DNA of 64,000 nucleotides from Eledone cirrhosa (lineage: Eukaryota): positions 169,012,001 through 169,076,000 of the forward strand of contig OZ024740.1 in NCBI GenBank assembly GCA_964016885.1, in the 5' to 3' direction. The notes under the pieces are model-generated. The model saw nothing but the letters and a program-made list of their open reading frames with translations. It searched no databases and was not told where the DNA came from. Shown one piece after another: positions 1-12,936 of this stretch. Made by a program: the position numbers and the translations under genes. How positions within the stretch are numbered: position 1 is the stretch's first letter; each line of letters starts with the position of its first letter.

Positions 1-75
1 AAGTGGGAAAACCCCCGTCCAAACCCATGTAAGCGTGGAACATGGACGTTAAACGTTGATGATGATGATGATGAT
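1..75 (+). mobile_element. 3' end and (GAT)n tail of an RTE LINE (family A)
   Basis: Nearly identical to 11552-11628 (CCCCCGTCCAAACCCATG...GGACGTTAAACGTT(GAT)n). Confidence 0.85.
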
Positions 76-249
76 ATGGCCCCTTTCTCCTTATGTTTGT
101 GGTAGGTACAATCTTTTTACATCTGATTTTAGATGTTGTATTCTAAATATAGTAATTATTTTTCTTGTTTTTCTATCTATTCTTGCTAGATTATTTAAGT
201 GTCCATTTCAGAACATTAAAACTGTAGCTTATTATTGGGATCACTAGAA

Positions 250-960
250 TATTGATGCCAATTACCTTATTCTTTGCATTTAGTTCTGTTTTAAGTAGTA
301 ATCTATAGTATTCCTTTCTAATCTTTTCTTTCATCTCTGTGTTTGTTGATTCCTCTGTCTAGTTTGTTGATTCCTAAGTATCTGTATTTCTGTGTTTGAT
401 CTAATTCTCTTCTCTTAGGTTTCTTTATCTAGCATGATATTAGTGTTTTTCACTAGTTTTCCTCTCTTCAGAGTTGCCTTGGTGTATTTTTGTAGTCCAA
501 AGTTCATGCTTATTTCTTTTTTGAACTCATGTACTGTCTGGAACAAGGTTTTGAGTTGTCTCTCATCAGCAGCATACAGCTTTAGACCATCCCTATACAT
601 GAGATGGTTAATTTTCTTGTTGTAGCATTTATACTCCAGTCAAGTTCTGTTTAATGTCTCAGGTAATGGTGTCTAGGCAGAAAAGCAGTGGTGATAGGGA
701 ATCCCCTTCAAATATGCCTCTGTTGATTGAGACGCGCTTAGTTTTTATAGTTCCATCTTTCATTTGTATCTGCAGAACTGTTTGCCTCTTGCTTATGGCA
801 TGCTTGATAAATGTTTTTATTATTCGTGCTATTATATTCATTGCTAGTGTGTTCAGTATCCATGTTTGAGGAACATTGTCAAATGCCATGCTGAGGTTTT
901 TTTTTTTTTTTCAGTTTTCGATTATAGCTTTGTTGGTTAGAAACACATCTTTACAGTCAT
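250..960 (-). mobile_element. Degraded R4/Dong-like non-LTR reverse transcriptase fragment
   Basis: ORF pieces AFDNVP, RGIFEGDSLSPLLFCL, MYRDGLKLYA (degenerate YMDDLKLY), ISMNFGLQK. Confidence 0.75.
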
Positions 961-1054
961 ATGAGCCTTGCAGCATGCTAGCTGTTATTCTGGAAGCAGG
1001 TTGTTTTTTTCTTTTTCAGGTGTTTGGTCAGTTTCTGCAACACTATTGCAATTA

Positions 1055-1615
1055 AAATTTATTATTATTGTTCATTTTTGTAAATCTGAGATACTTAGAT
1101 CTTAAATGATCTGAATATTTCAGTTAGGGAGCAGTAATCAATTTGACAAAGGTCCCTCATTGCATTCTCTCCTGTGTTTTACATAGACAAGACTTTCTTT
1201 AAAATCCTTGCTCTCCCAAGATGTGCTGTCTACTGATGAGCGGTAACCTTGCATAAATTCTGATTCTATTTACACAATCCTCAAAACTGTCTGATATGCA
1301 TCCCAATTCTCCGATCACCACTGGAATCACTAAAACCTTCGTCATCCCCCACAACTTTCCAACCTCCTCCTTCAGTGATTCGTACTTCTCCATCTTTTCA
1401 TGCTCTTTATTCTTCACTCTACTGTCTCCTGGGAGAGATATAACAATAATATAGGCCTCTTTTTTCTTATTCTTCACAACTAAAAGGTCTGGCTTTTTTG
1501 TCTCAATCATTCTATCGCATTGAATAGTGAAGTCCCACAAAAGGTTAAATTCATCATTCCCTAACACCATTTCTGGGAATCGTTCCAGATTATGCACTTG
1601 GTCCGTCAAGGACAC
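1055..1615 (-). mobile_element. 3' fragment of R4/Dong-like LINE, restriction-like endonuclease (REL) domain
   Basis: LLWDFTIQCDR..KPDLLVV..KEHEKMEKYESLKEE..VIPVVIGELG; short (TAA)n-like tail near 1060. Confidence 0.8.
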
Positions 1616-1639
1616 CTTCTCTCCTCCCTTCTCTACATA

Positions 1640-1945
1640 TTGACTCGTTATTACTGCAGAAGCTGGAGCTATTGCAAGGCATCCTTCTCAAACTGAGACA
1701 TGGAAGGGCTGCATCAGCATACGTGAACAATGTCATTGGGAAGGTGTTGAACTCCTCAGAAATTGAGTTGGTCATCAACTTCTTAGAAGAATATGAAAGG
1801 TTGATGGGAGCAATATCAACATGAAGAAGTTGGTGGGTTTGTAGATCAGCATCTGGAGAGGCAAATCCATTGCTGTTCAACAGTGGCATTGGACACTGGA
1901 CAGACAGACCAGTGAAGTTGCTCAGGATCTGATTTCATTTGGAAA
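1640..1945 (+). mobile_element. Degraded Tx1/L1-like RT fragment
   Basis: Plus-strand translation by eye: SAYVNNV (degenerate AYADDV), EEYERLMGA, NINMKKLVGL, WRGK, WTDRPVKLL, with frameshifts. Confidence 0.5.
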
Positions 1946-4069
1946 AGAAGGAGAGGGTGGAGAGGGAAGTGCTGCCCCCCTCCCAAGTACATTTGTTAAA
2001 AGGTGGGTGAATGTAGCAAGGATAACTCATGTGAATCTTCCTACTCTGACTATGAGCCTGTTTGCTGGCTAGTTTGGAGAGGTAAGGGCACTCCTCTCGG
2101 GTGCTCTTGGAGAGTATGGTGGTTTAGGCTTGGTGGAGTTCCTGAGTCGCCCCTGGGTCCACCCCCTACTGGGGTATTTTCATTGTTGTAACTTTTTTCT
2201 TTATTGCACTATCAAAAATCTGGGGTCGATTTAATTAATTTTCTCTGGCCTTCTGCATACATTAGAAACCATTATTTTAACTCAACAGTTTTGTGAGATT
2301 TTTTACTGCATTACCAGATCCCCACCATGTTTCTGACATTTGTGTCTTCTTTGGTGGTGCAGGATGGAATGATGTATGCCTGTGTTAATATACTATATCA
2401 GTTTTGATTTACTATGGCATTTAGTTTGTTGTTACTGGTTTGATTTGAGTGTTTCGTCTTATGTACAGAATGTGTGGTGTATATTGTGTTATTTTCATGG
2501 GTGGTGCTTATATTTCATGTATACTGTGTAATGGGAGTTAATGTCTTAATGTCCAATGGTGACTGTATATCGTATGTGGTGTATGGTTTGTGTAGCACTA
2601 ATGAGTTGCAGCTGTGTAGAATATGAGTAGTGTAAATTATTGGGGTTATAATGTCAAGTACTACCCCTTTAGTATTTAAACCGGCAGTATCCGGCCAGAA
2701 TTTTCTCACTTCTTTCTGTTCAAACCATCTGTAACTGGCTGCTTATACCGATTTCAAGGTATTGTTTTCAAAATAAATAATAACAACATCAAAATCTCGT
2801 AGATTCAATATTATGTGAGATAAAGCCTTCACCATGAAAATACAGAAGTAAATACTAAAGGGTTAATTATGTAGGAGTGTATGTTGTGTTATTTTATTAG
2901 GGACATATTGTACAAGTTGTGTTATTTTGTTGGGTGATGATGATGAAAAGTATGTGCTGCATGTGTTGTGTTATGTTATTGGGTGTCGGTTTTATAGAGT
3001 ATGAGTTGTGCTGTTTAATTGACTATGTGTTATGTTTTTTGTTGATGTCCTTACAGCATCTTTTAAGGTGAAACTAGAAAAAAAAAACTAATGGAGAAAG
3101 CAATAAAGGAAGTTTGAATGCTGGTACAAAGGAGGAAGTGCAGAAGCCCTCCTCCACCCACTAAAAAAAAAAGTACAAACATAAAGGTAGGCAGGAAGGA
3201 AAATATAAACAACAGTGGAAAGAAAAACAAACAAACAAAAACTAAATAGATAGATAATTAAAAACTAGGACTAATTTTAATCAGGTGCCCTCCAAAAGAA
3301 ATTGACTGATAAACCTACTAAATAAGTATTATTCACTGGTTGAAATATTGTATTGTTAAATTTCAAACCTTATAAATGTAGCCTTGGTATCAAAGGTTAT
3401 TATTAATGATATTCAGATGAAACAAAGGTACTATGCTACAATAGAATGAATTTATGATTATTAGGAGATTATTTTTACTATTGCTGTAGGCACATGAGCA
3501 CCAAACGCTTATCAGAAAGTATTTTTAGTCATGCTGCAAAACAATAACAGAAGCACCATGGTTTCAACTTAGCTATTATCAGCTTTGGTTCAGCCAGACT
3601 GTTTATATATCAGATGATAAGGTTGCTGCTTACATTCTTAATGTAGAGAGCCCCTAAATACTAATTAGTTAAAATTAATTAAATTTAGAATGTGGGAATA
3701 CAGTATTGGAGACATGTGAAATTAATTTTAGCAGCATGTTTACAGTTATGGACATGTTTCTGCCTTATTAGTCTTTACCTGTAGTGTCAATATAGTGAGT
3801 AAATTATCAGATGATTTAGATTTGGGTGTTAGTAGGCAATTTGATATGTTTGTGCCTCTGTTGGCTGAGTGGTTAAGAAGTTTGCTTCACAATCATGAAT
3901 ATACCCTCACCCACGGAGGAAGGGGTATTTATTGGGGTTAGAATGAAAAAAAAAATGAAAAATGCAAGCCACAAAAACATAGAAGGCATAAATAAATATA
4001 AAGATATATAAAAATGTAGAAAACAGACTTTTTATTTTTTTTTTTTTTCCAGCTACTGACTTAAAAGTT

Positions 4070-4770
4070 AGAAATACCACTGAGCAGAAAGTGTCAAATA
4101 CTGTCAAGATCACCATCAACGTGCCGCTGAGGACCCACCCTTCATGTCAAGCATCATCTCCAGTGATGAGAGTTGGGCTATGAGTTTAACCCTGAGATGA
4201 AGCACCAGTTGACACAGTGGAAAAGCCCTTCATCCCCATGACCAAAGACAGAGCCACAGCTCAATCAAGAGCATGGTCATTGTTTTTTTCAACATCTGCA
4301 GTATTGTGCATCCAGAATTCATTCCCCAGGGCCAGACCGTCAATTGAGAGTTCTACTGTAATATTTTGAGGTGTTTGAGGGAAGACGTTTGGCAAAAGCA
4401 ACTGGATCTGTGGAGCGCACAAATTGGATTCTTCATGACAACAAAGCACTCTGTCATCAAGCTCTCCTCACTCATGAGTTTCTCACCAAAAACAACATTG
4501 TATCGCTTCCATACCCACCCTATTTTCTATATTGAGTATCTGCTGGCTTCCATCTCTTCTCCAAGCTGAAAATGCAGCTCAAAGGTTGCCATTTTAACAC
4601 TTGATGAGATCCAGAGCAAACAGTAGAAGGTCCTTGACTTGCTTACGGAAAACGACTTCCAGGCTGGATTCCAAAAGTGGCAGGTACGCAAGGTGACTAT
4701 TTGGAAGGAGATGATGTTAAAACTTAGTTGTTTTTTTAAACATAACTAGTCTGGGAACTTCTGATATCAC

Positions 4771-4775
<5 letters not shown>
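4070..4775 (+). mobile_element. Degraded mariner transposase fragment with right ITR
   Basis: IISSDESW-like (ITGDESW) motif near 4154, HDN-like motif near 4434, ITR-like end ...GATATCACCTCA followed by TA. Confidence 0.65.
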
Positions 4776-4826
<51 letters not shown>

Positions 4827-4829
<3 letters not shown>

Positions 4830-5170
4830 TCATCCTCATTTCATTTTATGTCCGCTTTTTCCCTGCTTGCAAGGGTGGGACGGGAACTGATTCTGGCTTG
4901 TTTTCTACAGCTGGATGCTCTTCCTAACACCAACCTCATTTACAGTGAGTGCTGGGTGCTTTTTGCTGTGGCACCTCCACGACCACTTTGCAGTGGAATG
5001 ATATGGACCCCAGTCCCTATCATTTCATTGCTACAGCTGAGTAAACTGGAGCAAAGTGAAATAAAGTGTCTTGCTCAAGGAAACAACACATCACCCAGTC
5101 TGAGAATTGAACTCACAACATTTCGATCGATTGCAAGGCCAATGCTCTAACCACTAAGCCATGTGCCTCC
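4827..5170 (-). mobile_element. tRNA-derived SINE (CORE-like body, RTE-derived tail)
   Basis: Reverse complement matches 21212-21557. Confidence 0.85.
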
Positions 5171-5172
5171 AT

Positions 5173-6997
<1,825 letters not shown>

Positions 6998-6999
<2 letters not shown>

Positions 7000-7802
7000 T
7001 TTCGCCAATCCGCCGCTGCTTCAATTATCTCTATGATGTACTCATGTAAACCGTAAAGTACAAATTATTCTCTCCATTCCACGCTCAATTTCGTACATAG
7101 TCCAAACAAACATCCAATCTCGCAAAATCCGAAATCTGTATTTTTTGTTATCTATTTAAGGTTTAAATACGGTGTTTTTGTCGTATTGAACAGAACAAAT
7201 CTTGCAGTTTTGCTTTTTGTTAAATCGCTCGTTAAACATTCATAACCTTCCAGCTATCTTAATTCTATCGTATTCGTCCAATTCCTTAATTCTATCGTAT
7301 TCTCAAACAAAAAACAAAATCCTTCCCATTCTACTTATAAATTACTTTAAATATATATAGTATGCTACTTGAAAGTCAAAAATCCGCTCCACCCCTTCAC
7401 CCTCCTTGCTACTCCACGAGGGGCTGCGGTCAGCCACAATATCTCTCCCCCTTCCCCCCCTCTCTTTCTTCCCCTCTATCTCTCTCTTAGCTACACACAC
7501 ACACATATATATATATAAGATAAGTTCTCCTTCATGTTTATTCACTTTCGCCAATCCACCGCTGCTTCAATTATCTCTATGATGTACTCATGTAAACCGT
7601 AAAGTACAAATTATTCTCTCCATTCCACGCTCAATTTCGTACATAGTCCAAACAAACATCCAATCTCGCAAAATCCGAAATCTGTATTTTTTGTTATCTA
7701 TTTAAGGTTTAAATACGGTGTTTTTGTCGTATTGAACAGAACAAATCTTGCAGTTTTGCTTTTTGTTAAATCGCTTGTTAAACATTCATAACCTTCCAGC
7801 TA
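6998..7802 (+). repeat. 259-bp direct repeat (6998-7256 and 7544-7802) upstream of the RTE ORF
   Basis: Two copies differing at about 2 positions. Confidence 0.9.
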
Positions 7803-7994
7803 GCTACCCCACACCCCTCCCCCTCCCTCCTGCCACCATACTTAATACGTGGACCAATCATAAGCCAGAGCCCCCCCCCGCATCACCACCATTATTATAA
7901 GCCAGAGCCCCCCCCCACCCCCACGCATCACCATTATTATTATTATTACGCGGACCAAATCATAAGCCAGAGGCCTATACTATCGCTTGCCCGG

Positions 7995-10900
7995 TTGCCT
8001 TCGATATATGATGGATGGATGGATGGACGGACGGACTGCGGAATCCTGGAGAGTGGAAGGGAGAGAAAAATCTGGACGCCCAGAGCGAAAATGCCAAAGT
8101 TAAAGTCAAATTCACCTCGTGGACGAGAATGCGAGCACTCCTCTTTGTTTCGTCCGCGGATGGCTAACATAACCCTATCTCCTCCCGCCCCCCACCACCC
8201 CCACCCTCCAAACGCAACCCAAAACTTCAGAGTTGGTACCATAAATGTAGGCACCCTAAAGGGTCGCGCTAACGAGGTTGTAGAAATGCTTGAACGTAAG
8301 GAGGTCGATGTTTGTTGTATTCAAGAGACCAGGTGGAGGGGTGGGTCTGCTAGATTCATTGAGGGTAAAAAACGATGTTATAAGCTTTTCTGGGTGGGAA
8401 ACGACGATGGGCTGGGTGGAGTAGGAATCATGGTAGCAGAAAAGTGGGCAGATAAGATAATAGACGTAAATAGAGTGAACGACAGAATAATTAAAATAAG
8501 ACTTGTCCTCAATAGAACTACGGTGACAGTAATATCTGCGTACGCACCCCAATCCGGACTGCCCGGCACTATAAAAGACAGATTCTATGAGACACTGTTG
8601 CTAACTACCTCCCAAATATCTGACAGTGACTATATAATTATTGCAGGCGACCTAAATGGTCACGTTGGACAACATTGTGACGGCTACGACGAAATCCATG
8701 GAGGCTATGGGTTTGGTACTAGAAATGAGGAAGGCTCCAGAATCCTGGAATACTGTGATGCAAATAACCTAACTATCTGTAACACTAACTTCAAAAAACG
8801 TGACAATCACCTGATTACCTATAGATCCGGGGAACACACAAGCCAGGTAGATTATATCCTTACCAGAAGACGTGACAGAGTGTCTGTTGTAAACACTAAA
8901 TCCCTCCCCCATGAAGAATGCACCTCCCAACATAGACTGATAATTAGCGACCTAATAGTCAGGACGAGACGTACCCGACAGCAGAAGAGGACTATCCTCA
9001 GGAGGAAAATATGGAAACTAAAGGACCCCACAGCCAGAAATAAATTTCAAAGCATATTACTTGATGCTTTCGACAGTAAGGAAGAGCATCTAGAATCGGA
9101 CAATATAGAGGGACAGTGGAAATTTCTGAAAGCAAACCTGCTGTTGGCGACAGACGAGGTCTGTGGCTGGAGCAGGCCTGTAGGCAGGAGGAGAGTAACA
9201 TGGTGGTGGAACAATAGGGTGGAGGGGTCAATTAAGGCCAAAAAGCAGGCTTGGAAAGTATGGCGGGATGGGGGAAGTAGAGTAGACTATCAAGTGGCCA
9301 GGAGGGAAGCTAGGAGAGAAGTGTACTTAGCAAGAAGGGAAGCTGAGGAAAGAAAGTTAAAGCATGTTCTACAACGCGATGACCAAAAACGTGAGGTGTT
9401 CAGGATTGCCAGGCAATGCGTCAAGGAAAACCGTGATATTGTCGGGGAGAAGTGTGTACTTAACGATGATGGCATACTTGCCATCACCGACACTGATAAG
9501 AAGGTAGCTTGGAAGTGTCACTATGAAAGGCTACTAAATGAGGAGAATAAATGGGAGAAAGACAGTCTCCCCCATATCGACCCGATAGAGGGACCAGCAG
9601 TGTTAGTCGAGGGGAGTATAATAAGTAAGGCAATCAAGGATATGAAGACTGGTAAGGCGGCTGGGCCTTCGGAAATAGTTGCTGAGATGCTGAAGGCATC
9701 TGGCACGGTGGGACACACCATGGTCACCCGCATAGTTAACCAAGTCGTACAGAATGGGGTTGTTCCGAAGGACTGGCATAGCAGCATCATCGTTAACTGT
9801 TATAAGGGTAAAGGAGACGCCCTAGATAGGAGTAACTATAGAGGCATTAAATTAATCGACCAGGTCATGAAGGTCACGGAAAAAGTAATAGCGCAACTAA
9901 TCAGAGAGAGAATTGATCTAGATGAAATGCAGTTCGGGTTTGTGTCAGGCAAAAGCACCACAGACGCTCTTTTCATAGTACGACAACTACAGGAGAAGTA
10001 CCTAGCTAAAGGTAAACCCCTCTACTTAGCTTTTGTCGACCTGGAGAAAGCCTTCGACAGAGTCCCCCGCTCCATTATCTGGTGGGCTCTTAGAAAACTA
10101 GGCGTTGACGAATGGCTTGTGAGGGCTATACAAGCCATGTATAAAGAAACAGTCAGCAAGGTTAGAATTAACAACGAATATAGTGAAGAGTTTAGCGTAA
10201 AAGTTGGCGTCCATCAGGGCTCTGTTCTCAGCCCCCTACTATTTATTATTGCCCTTCAGGCTATAACAGAGGAGTTCAAGACAGGCTGCCCATGGGAACT
10301 CCTATACGCAGACGACCCGACACTCATAGCGGAATCAATGGCCGAGCTAGAGAAGAAATTCCAAACATGGAAGCACGGCCTAGAGTCAAAAGGACTTAAA
10401 ATTAACCTGGCTAAGACCAAAGTTCTAGTTTGTAGGAAAGAAAACAAGGCGGCGGTCCCTTCTGGGAAATGGTCGTGCTCGGTATGTAGGAAAGGCGTAG
10501 GTAGAAACTCCATCTTATGTCCTAAATGCAAAGTATGGGTGCATAAAAGATGTAGTGGGATCACAGGTAAGCTAACTAAGAACATAGACTTTACATGTGG
10601 CCGGTGTTCTGGTGCAATAAGTAGCAGCAAGTGCCCACTAAATACTAGCTCTTTCAATTGCGCAGAGGGTTCTATAGAAATAGTGGACAGCTTCCGTTAC
10701 CTGGGCGATAAAATCAGCAGTGGGGGAGGGTGCTCTGAAAGTACTGTAGCTAGAGTCAGAACTGGTTGGAAAAAGTTCAGAGAGCTTATACCACTATTAG
10801 CTGCTAAAGGGTTCTCCCTAAAAATGAAAGGCAGGTTGTACGATGCCTGCATACGAACAGCAATGTTGCATGGTAGTGAGACCTGGGCATTGTGTGCAGA

Positions 10901-11273
10901 GGATATACGCAGACTAGAGAGGAACGAAGCTTGCATGCTCCGCTGGATGTGTAACAGTAATATACGTGAACGGCAAAGCATAAACGAACTAAGGAAAAAA
11001 TTAGAGATAAGAGGGATCAGATGTTGTTTACTCGAGAGAAGGCTGCGTTGGTATGGACACGTGATGCGCATGAAAGTCGATAGCTGTATTACAAAGTGCA
11101 GGGCAATAAAGATAGACGGTAGCCACGGAATAGGCAGACCTAGAAAAACATGGGATGAGCTGATAAACTCCGACCTCACACACTTACACCTCTCCAAGAC
11201 AATGTCACTGGACCGTGACCTTTGGCGGTACTCAGTAACAGAGAAGACCCGCCTTGCCAGTAGGCATCTCTAA
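7995..11273 (+). CDS. RTE LINE polyprotein: AP endonuclease, reverse transcriptase and PHD-like finger (true start probably a downstream ATG, 8019 or 8160)
   Basis: APE motifs NVGTL, IQETRW, AYAPQ, GDLNGHVG, QVDYIL, SQHRL; RT motifs [43 protein letters not shown]; no stop in 1092 codons. Confidence 0.95.
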   Translation: MPSIYDGWMDGRTDCGILESGRERKIWTPRAKMPKLKSNSPRGRECEHSSLFRPRMANITLSPPAPHHPHPPNATQNFRVGTINVGTLKGRANEVVEMLERKEVDVCCIQETRWRGGSARFIEGKKRCYKLFWVGNDDGLGGVGIMVAEKWADKIIDVNRVNDRIIKIRLVLNRTTVTVISAYAPQSGLPGTIKDRFYETLLLTTSQISDSDYIIIAGDLNGHVGQHCDGYDEIHGGYGFGTRNEEGSRILEYCDANNLTICNTNFKKRDNHLITYRSGEHTSQVDYILTRRRDRVSVVNTKSLPHEECTSQHRLIISDLIVRTRRTRQQKRTILRRKIWKLKDPTARNKFQSILLDAFDSKEEHLESDNIEGQWKFLKANLLLATDEVCGWSRPVGRRRVTWWWNNRVEGSIKAKKQAWKVWRDGGSRVDYQVARREARREVYLARREAEERKLKHVLQRDDQKREVFRIARQCVKENRDIVGEKCVLNDDGILAITDTDKKVAWKCHYERLLNEENKWEKDSLPHIDPIEGPAVLVEGSIISKAIKDMKTGKAAGPSEIVAEMLKASGTVGHTMVTRIVNQVVQNGVVPKDWHSSIIVNCYKGKGDALDRSNYRGIKLIDQVMKVTEKVIAQLIRERIDLDEMQFGFVSGKSTTDALFIVRQLQEKYLAKGKPLYLAFVDLEKAFDRVPRSIIWWALRKLGVDEWLVRAIQAMYKETVSKVRINNEYSEEFSVKVGVHQGSVLSPLLFIIALQAITEEFKTGCPWELLYADDPTLIAESMAELEKKFQTWKHGLESKGLKINLAKTKVLVCRKENKAAVPSGKWSCSVCRKGVGRNSILCPKCKVWVHKRCSGITGKLTKNIDFTCGRCSGAISSSKCPLNTSSFNCAEGSIEIVDSFRYLGDKISSGGGCSESTVARVRTGWKKFRELIPLLAAKGFSLKMKGRLYDACIRTAMLHGSETWALCAEDIRRLERNEACMLRWMCNSNIRERQSINELRKKLEIRGIRCCLLERRLRWYGHVMRMKVDSCITKCRAIKIDGSHGIGRPRKTWDELINSDLTHLHLSKTMSLDRDLWRYSVTEKTRLASRHL

Positions 11274-11625
11274 CAAAATACACCCCGTCCCGCCACCACC
11301 CCCACCCCATCCACACCACCCCGTTCCATGTAAAGTTATGTTGGTGCCGCGCCATCCAGGCCGAAACAAACGAGATCGTGTAGGTGTCACGACAAAAAAA
11401 CACACAGTCCACGCTGTAATGTGGCCGTGTAGGCAACACGGTAAAAACCTCCCAGACCCACACTGTAAATGTGGTTGGTGTTAGGAAGGGCATCCAACTG
11501 TAGAAAACCTGCCAGACAGTCCTATGCGAGCAAGACAATCACTCTTGCCTCAAGTGGGACTACCCCCGTCCAAACCCATGCAAGCGTGGAACACGGACGT
11601 TAAACGTTGATGATGATGATGATGA

Positions 11626-11833
<208 letters not shown>

Positions 11834-12936
11834 AGGGGTAATTCCATATATGGTCAAAGTGATTGTCAAAAATCAGTAGTAATTCTGTGATTGCAAATTA
11901 GTAGGGGAGATGGTGGCTAAGCCTGCCAGTAGGAGAAAGAGGGGAGGGGGTGGAGTAGACCCAATCAAGCGTTGGTAGTGCCAGCTACAGCTGGGCATGA
12001 GGTCAAAGAAGATACTGGGGAGGGGGAGGGGGAGGAAGTCGGAACGGTAGGTAGAACAATGGGGGGTAAAAATATAAATGAAAGAAAAAATACTGAGAGT
12101 GAAGAAAAGCGAATAAGTGTAAAGAAAAAAGTAAAGCAAGTTCTACGACCTAGGTCTCTAGCTATTGTTAGGCTAGAATAAATAAATAAAGAAAGAAATA
12201 AAGAAGTAAAGAAAGAAATAAAGAAATAACGAAATAAGTAGAAGAACTAGGTGGGACGGAATAGGCAAGGACCCTTTTAAGAGGTATAAGTACGTAAATG
12301 ATACGGTGACGGGTCAACAAAAGGGGCCAAAATACTAAAGAGACTACCACGAAATAAACAATAAAGGTTTCTATCCCGGGCACAATGCCAGCAACCACCC
12401 AGTGCAGCAAAGTGAACTAGTACGAGATAATAATTCTGAGTCCCGAAAAAAATATATACTAATGCTAACTCTAAAAGATCTAAAACAAGCTACATGAAAG
12501 TTCGTACGAAGTAAAGGTAGAATACAGAAAAATCAATTCAGAATCCACCCCGCCCAAAAGAAAAGCGAAGAAAGAAATACTGAAACGAAAAAATAAGGCA
12601 TAAGTGCCACTAAGAAATATAGAAGGCACGGAGAATAGTGGGAGCGGTCGGAAAAAGGGGGCAAGTATCCGGGGTCTAAACCAACTGCTATAAAAGGCGG
12701 AGTCCGCCAAATCTATCATAGACTAGGGGAGGGGATGGGGGTACTAAGGCTACAAGGGGCCAAAGGGCAGCCTCGGGTGGGCGAGAAAAGACGCCGACAA
12801 AGGAGAAGAGCTGGGGTAGAAGGACTAAGGAGAGAAGGGGGAAGGAAATAAAGGAAGCGATAAAAGAATAAAAAGAAGATCTTACGTCTCCCTTGGCAAG
12901 CAGGGGTTACCCATTGCAACATCGGCAAGTGGGGTG

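Noticed and set aside
250-1615. Apparent REL-before-RT domain permutation on the minus strand
   Set aside because: The REL fragment has its own TAA-like tail near 1060, so these are two separate insertions
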